Source: an uncultured archaeon
GTDB taxonomy: Archaea > Thermoplasmatota > Penumbrarchaeia > JASLWR01
Reading direction: 5' to 3'
NCBI GenBank assembly: GCA_964430885.1
Contig: CAYSHM010000001.1
Coordinates: 1-64,000, forward strand
Length of the DNA stretch: 64,000 nucleotides
Positions 18,999-27,838 of the stretch are shown here, one piece after another. The position numbers and the translations under genes are program-made. The notes beneath the pieces are model-generated. The model did not search any database. It had not been told where the DNA came from and saw only the letters and a program-made list of their open reading frames with translations. Positions within the stretch are counted from its first letter, which is position 1. The number at the start of each line of letters is the position of its first letter.

Positions 18999-21740
18999 TT
19001 AGATAAATTCTTTGAGCACCTTCTTAACCTTCTCAAACTCTGCATTCTTTCTCTCATCCAGCCTCCACATTCTTTTCTGGGCCCTGTCGCATTTCTTGTC
19101 AACACGGTTTCTGTAATCATCGAAAGGTTCGCCGATTAGACTCATTGACTCGTCATGGATATCCTCGTACTCCTGCTTTGCATCCCACCAGTCATCATAG
19201 AGGTCCTTGTAGTTCTGGTAATGCTCCTCCGCCTTCTCGACCATTGCTGTTACGCCATTACTATCCATGCCTGAATATGACATCACATCCACATCCATGT
19301 TGAGCTGGTCACGGACAATGGAACACACCAACTGGGTTTTATCGTAATAGAGGTTTATTCCCATCCATTTCTTCAGGGCTTCCACATTTGAGAGGTCTGC
19401 CAATCTGGCCTTTTCATATGCTCGATAGGAAAAATCCCTGTCTATCTCACCGAACTTCTCACCGACTGCTATCAAAGCTGTAGGATCTCCCTCTGCCTCC
19501 TCAAGTTCTCCGGTGAAATCAATATTGGCCTTGGCCTTTTCCAATCCCTCAGCAAAGGTCTTGTCTTTAGGGAACTTATCAAGAGCGCTCTCATATGTTT
19601 TCTTGGCCTCATCATACTGCTTTTCATGTATCTGCTTTCTGCCAAGGTTCAGGAACTCCTGATGCAGGGCTGCAGATTCCTTCTTAGTCTTTGCTTCCTC
19701 AATGAGTTCTTTAGCATCCTGGTTATCTGGATCCAGTTCCTTTAGGAGCTCTTTCAGGGTTTCCACCGCGCTATCGTACAATCCGTTGCTTATTGCAGTC
19801 TTTGCCCGGTCCATCATGCTGCTGATCTGGTTCTGCCTTTTTTCCTCCGCTTCAGCTTTCGCTTTGTCTTTGACCGCCTGGATAAAATCCGCCGTGCCCT
19901 GATGATCGGGAAGAATGGTAAAAACCTGCAGGGCAGTTTTAACCGCATGGTCATACTGAGCGTAATGACCCTCAATAAAGGTCCTGGCCTGGTTGAGAAT
20001 ATTCTGGGCTAAAAATTCCAGCACCTGCCGTCCGGTCTCCTGGTTCATGAAGGTCATGCAATTTCCGTGATCGAATGGAGGTTCTACAAATCTCCAATTA
20101 AGGTTCCTTATAACACCGTCCTCATCCACGGATACGGCGCAGTATCTGCCCCATTTCTCATTGACATTGTCAATTATGCCTGTAAACTGCAGGTCCACCT
20201 TGTAATACTGCACCTGATCATGTCTGCCAGACAAAAGTTCCTTCATGGCCTTGGCCCCCTCAAGGCCCCTGTGACCCACATACACCATTATATGGGATAG
20301 GTTATCAATATCAGGTTTATCCCACTCCATCCTTGTCAGGTACCAGGGCTGTTCCCGGTTAACAAGTTCCACTTCTCTTATGGAACCAGCGGTCTTGCTT
20401 ACCCCATCAGGTGACGATAGGTAGTAAGAGTCTTCTGAAGGTTCGACTGCCGACAGACCGTTAACGTTTAAACCATCTACATTGAACAGTTCTCCAGAAG
20501 GTGTCTTTCCGAGAACTAGATACCTAGACCTATGCACACCTGTATCGTCAACGGCACAGCAGGATGTTCCCTTCATTTCAAATGCTATAACATCTTCATT
20601 CAGCTTGCCCTGGAAGAAATCCTTTGTCTGTCCGCCTCCTATGGCCTTATCGGTCTTGTATACCATATAACCCGCAACCTCCCTCTGAGGTCTGTTCCAG
20701 GTTATATAAGCTTCATCCCAGTCCTTGTGATAGGAATACTTGAAATTGATACTATCCGGATGCTGGCTGGCTGGTTGGATGGGGGTGATATGGTCAGAAG
20801 TTGATGCAGGTTCAGGTTTACTGGTTTGTGCCGGAGATACAGCAGGCTCGGCTTTTTTTTCCACTGCCTTATCCGCCTCCTTTTTCAGACCCGGTTCCTG
20901 GACACCTGCCTTATCCGAATCCTCATATATAACGGCATCATCCTTGAACCCCTCCAGGCCCAGATACCACGGGTTCTCCATATCTGCCCGGTCAGAGGTC
21001 CAATGAAGTATCTTGTCAACATTGTAAGTATTACCATCCTTGTCAAAGGCTAGGACAAGGTATCGGTTATCAGCGCTCCCGGTATCATCCACCAGCTCAC
21101 TTATCTTCTGATAGATCTCGAACTTGGTCATTACCTCGTCAAAACCTCCGTTTACCAACTTTTTGGGATTGTTGGGGATGACCTTACCGGTCCTGTATAC
21201 AATATACCTGTAGAAATCTATATTTTTAGGGAGCTCCCATTTAAGATAAGGTTCCTGCCCTTCCTGGTGAATAACATATCTGAAAGAGATCCCTCCGGGA
21301 ATCTCGGGTTCCGGTTTCTTGACTTCCTCGGCCTTTTCGTCAGACGATCCTCCCTCTCCACTTTCATCTGTGGTTTTGAAGGAACCTATTGACAGATAAA
21401 AAGGATTGATCATACCGCTGGCGGATTCCTCTTTCACCGTATTGAGACCGGTAACCTGATGAATATTGCCCTCTGTATCAACCGCAACAATAAGGTAACG
21501 TGCATCCTTGGTATCGGTATCGTCCAGAAGTTCTGTGGTATCTGCCTTTATACTGAACCTCTTCACATAATCCAGTTCATTACTGTAAAGGCCCTGGAAA
21601 TCGTGTGCAGGAACGGGTTTGTTCGTTCTGAACAGATAGTACTGTTCTACATTGAATTCAGGTTTGTTCCATTTTACATAAACTCCTTTTGCACCCCTGA
21701 AGGTGTACTTGAAATCCGCTCTGTCAGGTATTGTAGGCAT
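18999..21740 (-). CDS. Hypothetical protein: four ~110-aa beta-rich (FN3-like) repeats plus C-terminal TPR/helical region
   Basis: Repeated W-x2-P..Y-x-VY..DDT..RYLV pattern; TPR-like YDSAVETLKELL and YDEAKKTYESAL; GGAGG SD; no signal peptide. Confidence 0.8.
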   Translation of the reverse strand: MPTIPDRADFKYTFRGAKGVYVKWNKPEFNVEQYYLFRTNKPVPAHDFQGLYSNELDYVKRFSIKADTTELLDDTDTKDARYLIVAVDTEGNIHQVTGLNTVKEESASGMINPFYLSIGSFKTTDESGEGGSSDEKAEEVKKPEPEIPGGISFRYVIHQEGQEPYLKWELPKNIDFYRYIVYRTGKVIPNNPKKLVNGGFDEVMTKFEIYQKISELVDDTGSADNRYLVLAFDKDGNTYNVDKILHWTSDRADMENPWYLGLEGFKDDAVIYEDSDKAGVQEPGLKKEADKAVEKKAEPAVSPAQTSKPEPASTSDHITPIQPASQHPDSINFKYSYHKDWDEAYITWNRPQREVAGYMVYKTDKAIGGGQTKDFFQGKLNEDVIAFEMKGTSCCAVDDTGVHRSRYLVLGKTPSGELFNVDGLNVNGLSAVEPSEDSYYLSSPDGVSKTAGSIREVELVNREQPWYLTRMEWDKPDIDNLSHIMVYVGHRGLEGAKAMKELLSGRHDQVQYYKVDLQFTGIIDNVNEKWGRYCAVSVDEDGVIRNLNWRFVEPPFDHGNCMTFMNQETGRQVLEFLAQNILNQARTFIEGHYAQYDHAVKTALQVFTILPDHQGTADFIQAVKDKAKAEAEEKRQNQISSMMDRAKTAISNGLYDSAVETLKELLKELDPDNQDAKELIEEAKTKKESAALHQEFLNLGRKQIHEKQYDEAKKTYESALDKFPKDKTFAEGLEKAKANIDFTGELEEAEGDPTALIAVGEKFGEIDRDFSYRAYEKARLADLSNVEALKKWMGINLYYDKTQLVCSIVRDQLNMDVDVMSYSGMDSNGVTAMVEKAEEHYQNYKDLYDDWWDAKQEYEDIHDESMSLIGEPFDDYRNRVDKKCDRAQKRMWRLDERKNAEFEKVKKVLKEFI

Positions 21741-21839
21741 TTATGAACCTCCAAATTTTTTTCCAAAAATAATATAAGAATATCCTTATCTCAAAAAGTA
21801 TCTTGATATGACTGAATATCAGGTTGATAGTGCATTAGA

Positions 21840-22955
21840 ATGATGATATTAAATATAATTATGGCGGGTTATGAATCTTATAGGAAATCAAATGATATGG
21901 TGCTTAAGATGACACAAAAACTGACGATCGATCTTAGAAGCGATACCGTAACAAAGCCCACTGATGAAATGAGGGAAGCCATGTACAGGGCTGAGGTAGG
22001 GGATGACGTATTCGGGGAAGACCCTACTGTAAACCTCCTGGAAGAAAAGACAGCTCATATGCTCGGCAAGGAAAGCGCCCTGTTCGTTCCCAGCGGAAGC
22101 ATGGCCAACACTGTATGCCTCCTTTCTCACTGTCAGAGAGGCGATGAAATAATAGTTGGTAATCGTTCTCATATTTTCCTTCACGAAGCGGGAGGGACTG
22201 CGGTCATCGGAGGGATCCATTCCAATGTTTTACAAAACCAGCCCGATGGTACACTTGATTTGGAGGACATAAGTGAGGCTATTAGAGATGATGATATCCA
22301 TCACCCTCCAACCCGCCTAATATGCTTGGAGAACACACATAATTTTTGCGGAGGAGTTCCGCTTTCAATGAAATACATTAAGGCAGTAGCTGAAATAGCT
22401 GGTTTCTATGGTTTACTCATGCACCTAGATGGAGCCAGAGTTTTCAACGCAGCAGTTGCTCTTGATGTGGATGTGAAGGATATAGCTCAATATTTCCATT
22501 CCATTTCTTTCTGTCTATCCAAGGGCCTAGGATCCCCGGTCGGTTCCATGGTATGCGGTGATAAGGATTTCATCGATAAGGCAAGAAGGGCCAGGAAGAT
22601 GCTGGGTGGAGGTATGCGGCAGGCGGGAATTCTGGCAGCAGCAGGGCTTATATCACTCGAAAAAATGACATTGCGATTAGGTGAGGACCATTATCATGCA
22701 GAATTGTTAGCCCAAGGGATAGATAAGATATCAGGGCTTAAAAGTGAAGAATTAGCTAATAGGACGAATATTCTTTTCTTTGGATTACTTAAAGGGAGCA
22801 TTAGTGCTCAGGAACTAGTTAAGAGAGCTGAATCAAAAGGTCTGAAGTTAATGGATACAGGGAATAATCGTTTCAGAATGGTCGTACATTACAGTATAAC
22901 TTCTGAGATGATCCATAGGACGCAGAGAATATTGAAAAATATTATGAAGGATTGA
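21840..22955 (+). CDS. ltaE: Low-specificity L-threonine aldolase (true start probably 21897 or 21909)
   Basis: [39 protein letters not shown] lysine in [16 protein letters not shown]. Confidence 0.95.
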   Translation: MMILNIIMAGYESYRKSNDMVLKMTQKLTIDLRSDTVTKPTDEMREAMYRAEVGDDVFGEDPTVNLLEEKTAHMLGKESALFVPSGSMANTVCLLSHCQRGDEIIVGNRSHIFLHEAGGTAVIGGIHSNVLQNQPDGTLDLEDISEAIRDDDIHHPPTRLICLENTHNFCGGVPLSMKYIKAVAEIAGFYGLLMHLDGARVFNAAVALDVDVKDIAQYFHSISFCLSKGLGSPVGSMVCGDKDFIDKARRARKMLGGGMRQAGILAAAGLISLEKMTLRLGEDHYHAELLAQGIDKISGLKSEELANRTNILFFGLLKGSISAQELVKRAESKGLKLMDTGNNRFRMVVHYSITSEMIHRTQRILKNIMKD

Positions 22956-22982
22956 CCATTAATTTCAATCCCTCAATTTATT

Positions 22983-24236
22983 CTAACTATATATTGAATA
23001 GGAAATCTCAACATACTGATCGTATGCATCAAGTCGGTATATTTTCATATCGTGATGAATCGGGTCCACTACCAGTGCTATTTGATAATCCTTTTTGAAC
23101 ATTCTCTTTTGGGTCTCTATGTCCGTTTCCGAAAGAAAACATGTATGGCCAGGATGGGAATGATACCAACCGAGGAGAATATAATCTTTACCTTCTTTCT
23201 CGAATTTGTAAAGATCCTTGAACATGGGGCCAAAATCTTTGAACTTAACAGATACTGATGAAGCGTCAAGATCCGATGTTACCACATGCTCGATATCTAT
23301 GTAGGTCCCTCCTTCGCAGGAAAATCTATGCCCCATAAGAAAACCCAGTGCTTCAAGATTCTTTTTACCCATCTTCCCGCAATGTTCCATGATCATTTTA
23401 AAAGCGGAATGGGAAATATAAACATCAGCTATACTCAATGGAGTTAGTTCGGGCATATCCTTTGATGGAAATGAAGATAAACTTTTAGACTGATTATTTT
23501 CTTTACTAACTGGTTCCTTTGATGAATCTTCTTCTTTGTCAATATTTTGTTCTTTTTCTTTAAAATGGCCAAGCTTTTCCTGGGATTCTTGGTATATTGT
23601 AAGGTCATCCCTGGATATTTCTACTGTTTGGCCCCTATCAGAAGAATCAGATTCTTTTACTGTATCATGCTTGATAATATCTTCTTCTTTTTGATATTTG
23701 ATTATTTTCTTATCTATATTCAATTCAACTAGAAGAGTATCCAATTCAATACCCAGATCATCTTTGATAAAGTTACGAAGTTCTTCACTATTGATTAGAT
23801 CTTCTTCAAGACTCATCAGGAACTTTGCAAGCTCTTCCTTGGATGTAGGTGCAATCCCCTTGGATTTTTCTCTACCTGAAAAAATTGAAGTATCGAGATT
23901 GACGTTAACAATAAAATTGAAAAGGGGTTCATCGGTATTGGAAGTATTATTTTCTCGAAATTTGTCAGTTTCTTCCGATTTTACTTTAAGGGCATCCTTT
24001 ATCTCTTTAGCAAGAACATTGACCTTTTCGTCATATTTTTCTCTGATACGGTTCTCTATCTCTTTCATTATGGATTTAGACAATATATCTTTCTTTATTT
24101 CATCAGTTGATGCTTTTATTGTTATTGATTCGAATAATGAAACAAGATCCTTTTTTAGAGATAGGGTTGATTTGGAAAGAATATCTTCAAGTTTTACCTC
24201 GAATTCTTTGAAAAATTCTTCAAATTTCTCAGCCAT
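22983..24236 (-). CDS. JAMM/MPN+ (JAB) metalloprotease, Rpn11/CSN5-like, with a ~260-aa charged helical N-terminal extension
   Basis: EALGFLMG ... [23 protein letters not shown] (complete E...HxH-x7-S-x2-D motif), IALVVDP. Confidence 0.92.
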   Translation of the reverse strand: [417 protein letters not shown]

Positions 24237-24328
24237 CTCATTGACACCATTTTGATTGGAAATAACATATTAAAGAATAAACTTGATTACTACAATGAAT
24301 AACAGTAACCATGTTCTGACCAGAATAA

Positions 24329-24571
24329 TTAAAAACCGCCTTCTGGATCGGGTATTAGTTCAAGTAGATCGCCTTCTCTAATACCTGAAATTCCAATCTT
24401 GGTTTGTCCCCTTAAAACTTTCTTGCCGTACCTAAGTACATAAGCCCCTGCTTCTTTTTCCCAGTAGCTTGCAGCACTTTCAATAACTTCTTCTATTGTA
24501 TTATCTTGTTCAAGATCCATTTCAACTTTGCTTCCAGTATCAGCGTCTCTTATTGCAATTCTTAAGCTCAT
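24329..24571 (-). CDS. Ubiquitin-like beta-grasp protein, C-terminus ...PEGG-F
   Basis: 80 aa; aligns to ubiquitin by hand with a single 1-residue gap; di-Gly followed by one residue; GGAG SD-like motif; same strand and 92 bp upstream of the JAMM gene. Confidence 0.85.
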   Translation of the reverse strand: MSLRIAIRDADTGSKVEMDLEQDNTIEEVIESAASYWEKEAGAYVLRYGKKVLRGQTKIGISGIREGDLLELIPDPEGGF

Positions 24572-24789
24572 CTATATCTCTCCATGTCTAATGATTAGAT
24601 TAAATATTCAATTGGGTTTATCAACATTTTTTCACTCTGCAAGAGCAATCAACAACTATAACCAAACTGAGTTATGTGGAAGCTAATAATGCTATACCAA
24701 TATTAATATTTTTACTCTATTGGAATAGACTTGACAGTTTGAATTAGAAAGAACATAATTTAATTGTGAATAAAATACACAAAATAATA

Positions 24790-25121
24790 CCCCCTCCCCC
24801 CTAGATTTCCTATGGAAAATAATACTTTTTAAAGAAAAAAAATAGGAAATTATACCATTTATAATTTCTATAATAATAATGATGTAATAAAATATACCCG
24901 AATTCTTAATTCCAAATAGAGTTTATATACTTTACTAATATATTTTTCTTTTGTCAATTTTTATTAAAAAATAATGAATAATGATTTTTGAAATAAAAAT
25001 CTAAAACATTATACTCTTCATTATAAAAAAAAAATAAAAAAAAATAATTTTCCCCCCTTTCTCTCCTAATTAACATTAAAAATCCATAGGAAACCTAGGG
25101 GTCCCCCCCTTCGTTCCTATC
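24790..25121. promoter_or_regulatory. Candidate archaeal replication origin (ORB-like boxes flanking an AT-rich unwinding element)
   Basis: TCCATAGGAAATCTAGGGGGG on - (24796-24816) and TCCATAGGAAACCTAGGGGT on + (25083-25102) form an inverted pair with 1 mismatch. 24821-25050 is ~86% AT by hand count. Two degenerate copies at 25052-25069 and 25103-25121. Confidence 0.7.
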
Positions 25122-27714
25122 TTTTTTCTTTCATTGCCTTCCCTTCCTCATTTTTTCTTCTTTTTTTCCTTCCTTTTTTAAACATAATAATAATTGTTAT
25201 TGTGATAACAATTAAAGTTAATATTCCGATTGTTATCAAGATCATAATATTGGATTTTTCAGTTTTTTTTTCAGAATTTGTACTGTTTAATTGTTTTTCC
25301 AATACTTCAACCATAAAAATGAATGTTGCCCAATTACCAACTTCGTCGGTAACATTTAGAGTTACAGAATAATTCCCCTTTTCCTGAAATGTATAATTAT
25401 TATATTTTCCGTTAAGTTGGACATTGGTGTTGGGACTGCTAATTAACCAAGCGTAGTTTGTGATACCAATATTATCTGAACTTTTACTTCCATCCAGCAG
25501 TAGTTTATCTCCAATTACCAACCTTTGATTATCACATGATTTTGCTACTGGAGGGGTAAAATCCTTCTCAAGAACCTTAATAGATGTAGTATCATAGGCT
25601 TTATTCCCTTCACTATCAATTATGGATAGGTTTACAGTAAATAATCCCAGTTCAGTAAACACCTTGCTTGCCTGTATGCCGTGAAGAATATACTCTGTAT
25701 TATCTCCTGTAATTGTCCAGGTATAATTTTTTATGGGATATATACTGATAGATCCACTCCCGTCAAAAGTAACTTTATCCATTTTAAAGATAGTGATGTC
25801 TGACCCTGCATCTGCTTTAATGGTTTTGGAAGTACTGGAACCTAATACTTCTATTGAAATAATATCGCTGTTCCAATTTCCCTCTGCATCGCTTACTGTC
25901 AATGTCACAGCGTAGATACCCGATAAATCAAATGTAAAAACTACAACACTCCCGTACAAAATTATTAACTTTCCGTCATATTGAAAGGTCCATGTCCAGT
26001 TGACTATGCCATAGTTATCCTTTGAAAGACTTCCGTTCAATGCTACATCCGTTCCCTTGTTTACAGTTCTATTGCTCCCTGCTTCTGCAACTGGATCTTC
26101 CGTATCGTTTTGGCTTGAAGATACATTGACAAATAACACATCTGTATCCCAATTCCCTTCCCCGTCGCTTACGTTTAAAACAACTTTATATGAATCTGTA
26201 ATCTCAAAGGTAAAAGACGCAGTTTCACCGTACAGATAAATCCAATTTGATTCGTATATGAAGGACCAAGTATAATTTGTAATTTCAATATTATCAGTAG
26301 AACTGGATCCGTCGAAATATACAGTTTTTCCTGCAGCTACTTCCAGGTTGATACCAGCTTCAGCGAGGGGTTTTTCATTGTCAGGCGGAGCGGTAACATT
26401 GACCCAAACATTGTCAGTATCCCAATTCTCTTCTTCGTCACTGACATTCAAGGTAATATGATATGATCCTATGAAATCGAACGTGAATGATGGCCCCATT
26501 CCGTAAATGGTAACATCTGAGAGATTATAAATGAAGCTCCATGAATAATTAACTATACCTGCATTGTCTATAGAACTGCTTCCGTCCAGTGTTACTTCAT
26601 CTCCTTGTGAGATTTCCAGGTCTTCACCTGCATCGGCTTTCGGCTTCTCAGTGTCATAGGCAACAGCATTTCTAGTTAATCTGAATCCAACTCTCCAGTT
26701 TGTGTATTCAGGGTCTGAAGTGAGAACCTGTTTTTGGCTGAAGAACCTGAACGTGTTCTGGAAAAAGGGGAAAAGATTTCCCCAGCTTGCTCCTCTAAGA
26801 ACATGAGCATAGGTGTATTGATGCACGCTGGAATCATAGGGTTCTGACGGTCCCTTCGGATGTTGGCATTCACTTTGGTTATTCTGACAGAATTCATAGT
26901 ATTCGGGCGAGTAATAATCCCAGCACCATTCCCAAACATTCCCAGACATATCGTGCAGCCCTAATTCGTTAGATAATTTTTCCCCAACTGGATGGGTTCT
27001 CCCATCTCCTTCCTCTTCAACTTCCTGAACATAGGAATTGTTCCTGTACCACATGAAACTGTCAAACTGGTTCATTGTAGAGAACCCACTGCATAAGTGG
27101 CCGTGTCCGTCGTTGTATTGGGTGCTCATAAGATGTCCTCCTCTGGAAGCATATTCCCATTCAGCCTCTGTTGGCAGTCTGTATCCATCCGAGCGGTGAT
27201 CCCAGCTGACGTCGTTCCCATCTATTTCATAAACAGTATCATAACCTTCCTTTTCACTCAACCAGTTGCAGTATTTAATCCCATCCAACCAGGATATGTT
27301 TATAGCAGGTCTATCGCTCCTGCCCCATCCGTCATCCGATTTTAAGTCCAGCCCCATATTGGTGCAGTATGCATCGAACTCGTCCATGGTCAGTTCGGTG
27401 TCAGAAATATAAAAATCGGGTATAGTGACATTATGAAGGTCTCTGGCATCGAAGGTGAGGTCGAGCCCATATATTCCTTCTATATCCTTTATATTCTGCG
27501 TACCCTGGGGAAGCATGTAAGCATCCTTCCAATCCCCCATCTGAAATGTTCCACCCTGAACAGTTATCATGGTGGGAGATATATAGTCATCCTTGCACTG
27601 TCTGGATACCGCAGTTTGCCCTGGTGAAGCAATTATCGATGACGTTAAAAACTGAGAGAAAAACAAAATCAGCACTACGGAAATTATCTTTTTCTTTACA
27701 TTCATTTGAAACAC
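25117..27714 (-). CDS. Surface protein: FGE-sulfatase/SUMF1-like domain, 5 PKD-like repeats, C-terminal TM
   Basis: Signal peptide; GGTFQMG, PAINISWLDG..YC.WL, YRLPTEAEWEYASRGG, LHDMSGNVWEW, VGFRL; repeated P.A.AG...DGS.S.DN..I.NY.W; TM followed by KKGRKKRRK. Confidence 0.9.
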   Translation of the reverse strand: MFQMNVKKKIISVVLILFFSQFLTSSIIASPGQTAVSRQCKDDYISPTMITVQGGTFQMGDWKDAYMLPQGTQNIKDIEGIYGLDLTFDARDLHNVTIPDFYISDTELTMDEFDAYCTNMGLDLKSDDGWGRSDRPAINISWLDGIKYCNWLSEKEGYDTVYEIDGNDVSWDHRSDGYRLPTEAEWEYASRGGHLMSTQYNDGHGHLCSGFSTMNQFDSFMWYRNNSYVQEVEEEGDGRTHPVGEKLSNELGLHDMSGNVWEWCWDYYSPEYYEFCQNNQSECQHPKGPSEPYDSSVHQYTYAHVLRGASWGNLFPFFQNTFRFFSQKQVLTSDPEYTNWRVGFRLTRNAVAYDTEKPKADAGEDLEISQGDEVTLDGSSSIDNAGIVNYSWSFIYNLSDVTIYGMGPSFTFDFIGSYHITLNVSDEEENWDTDNVWVNVTAPPDNEKPLAEAGINLEVAAGKTVYFDGSSSTDNIEITNYTWSFIYESNWIYLYGETASFTFEITDSYKVVLNVSDGEGNWDTDVLFVNVSSSQNDTEDPVAEAGSNRTVNKGTDVALNGSLSKDNYGIVNWTWTFQYDGKLIILYGSVVVFTFDLSGIYAVTLTVSDAEGNWNSDIISIEVLGSSTSKTIKADAGSDITIFKMDKVTFDGSGSISIYPIKNYTWTITGDNTEYILHGIQASKVFTELGLFTVNLSIIDSEGNKAYDTTSIKVLEKDFTPPVAKSCDNQRLVIGDKLLLDGSKSSDNIGITNYAWLISSPNTNVQLNGKYNNYTFQEKGNYSVTLNVTDEVGNWATFIFMVEVLEKQLNSTNSEKKTEKSNIMILITIGILTLIVITITIIIMFKKGRKKRRKNEEGKAMKEKR

Positions 27715-27838
27715 CTGATGTAATTATCGCAAATAATTCAAAATAGATATGATTGTATTTTCTACATGCTTAGGTGTCCTTATAAATATTGTCATATTCT
27801 TATAAATATTACTGATTTCAAAATTTCATATTGTAATT

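Noticed and set aside
23698-24255. 185-aa plus-strand ORF
   Set aside because: Antisense to the JAMM gene, with the S/I/F/L-rich composition typical of shadow frames.
24796-25102. Inverted repeats as MITE/IS termini
   Set aside because: No target-site duplication or transposase seen, and the repeats match the ORB consensus with extra degenerate copies. Not fully excluded without a genome-wide copy count.
26680-26800. DGR variable region in the FGE domain
   Set aside because: No template repeat or reverse transcriptase seen in the window.
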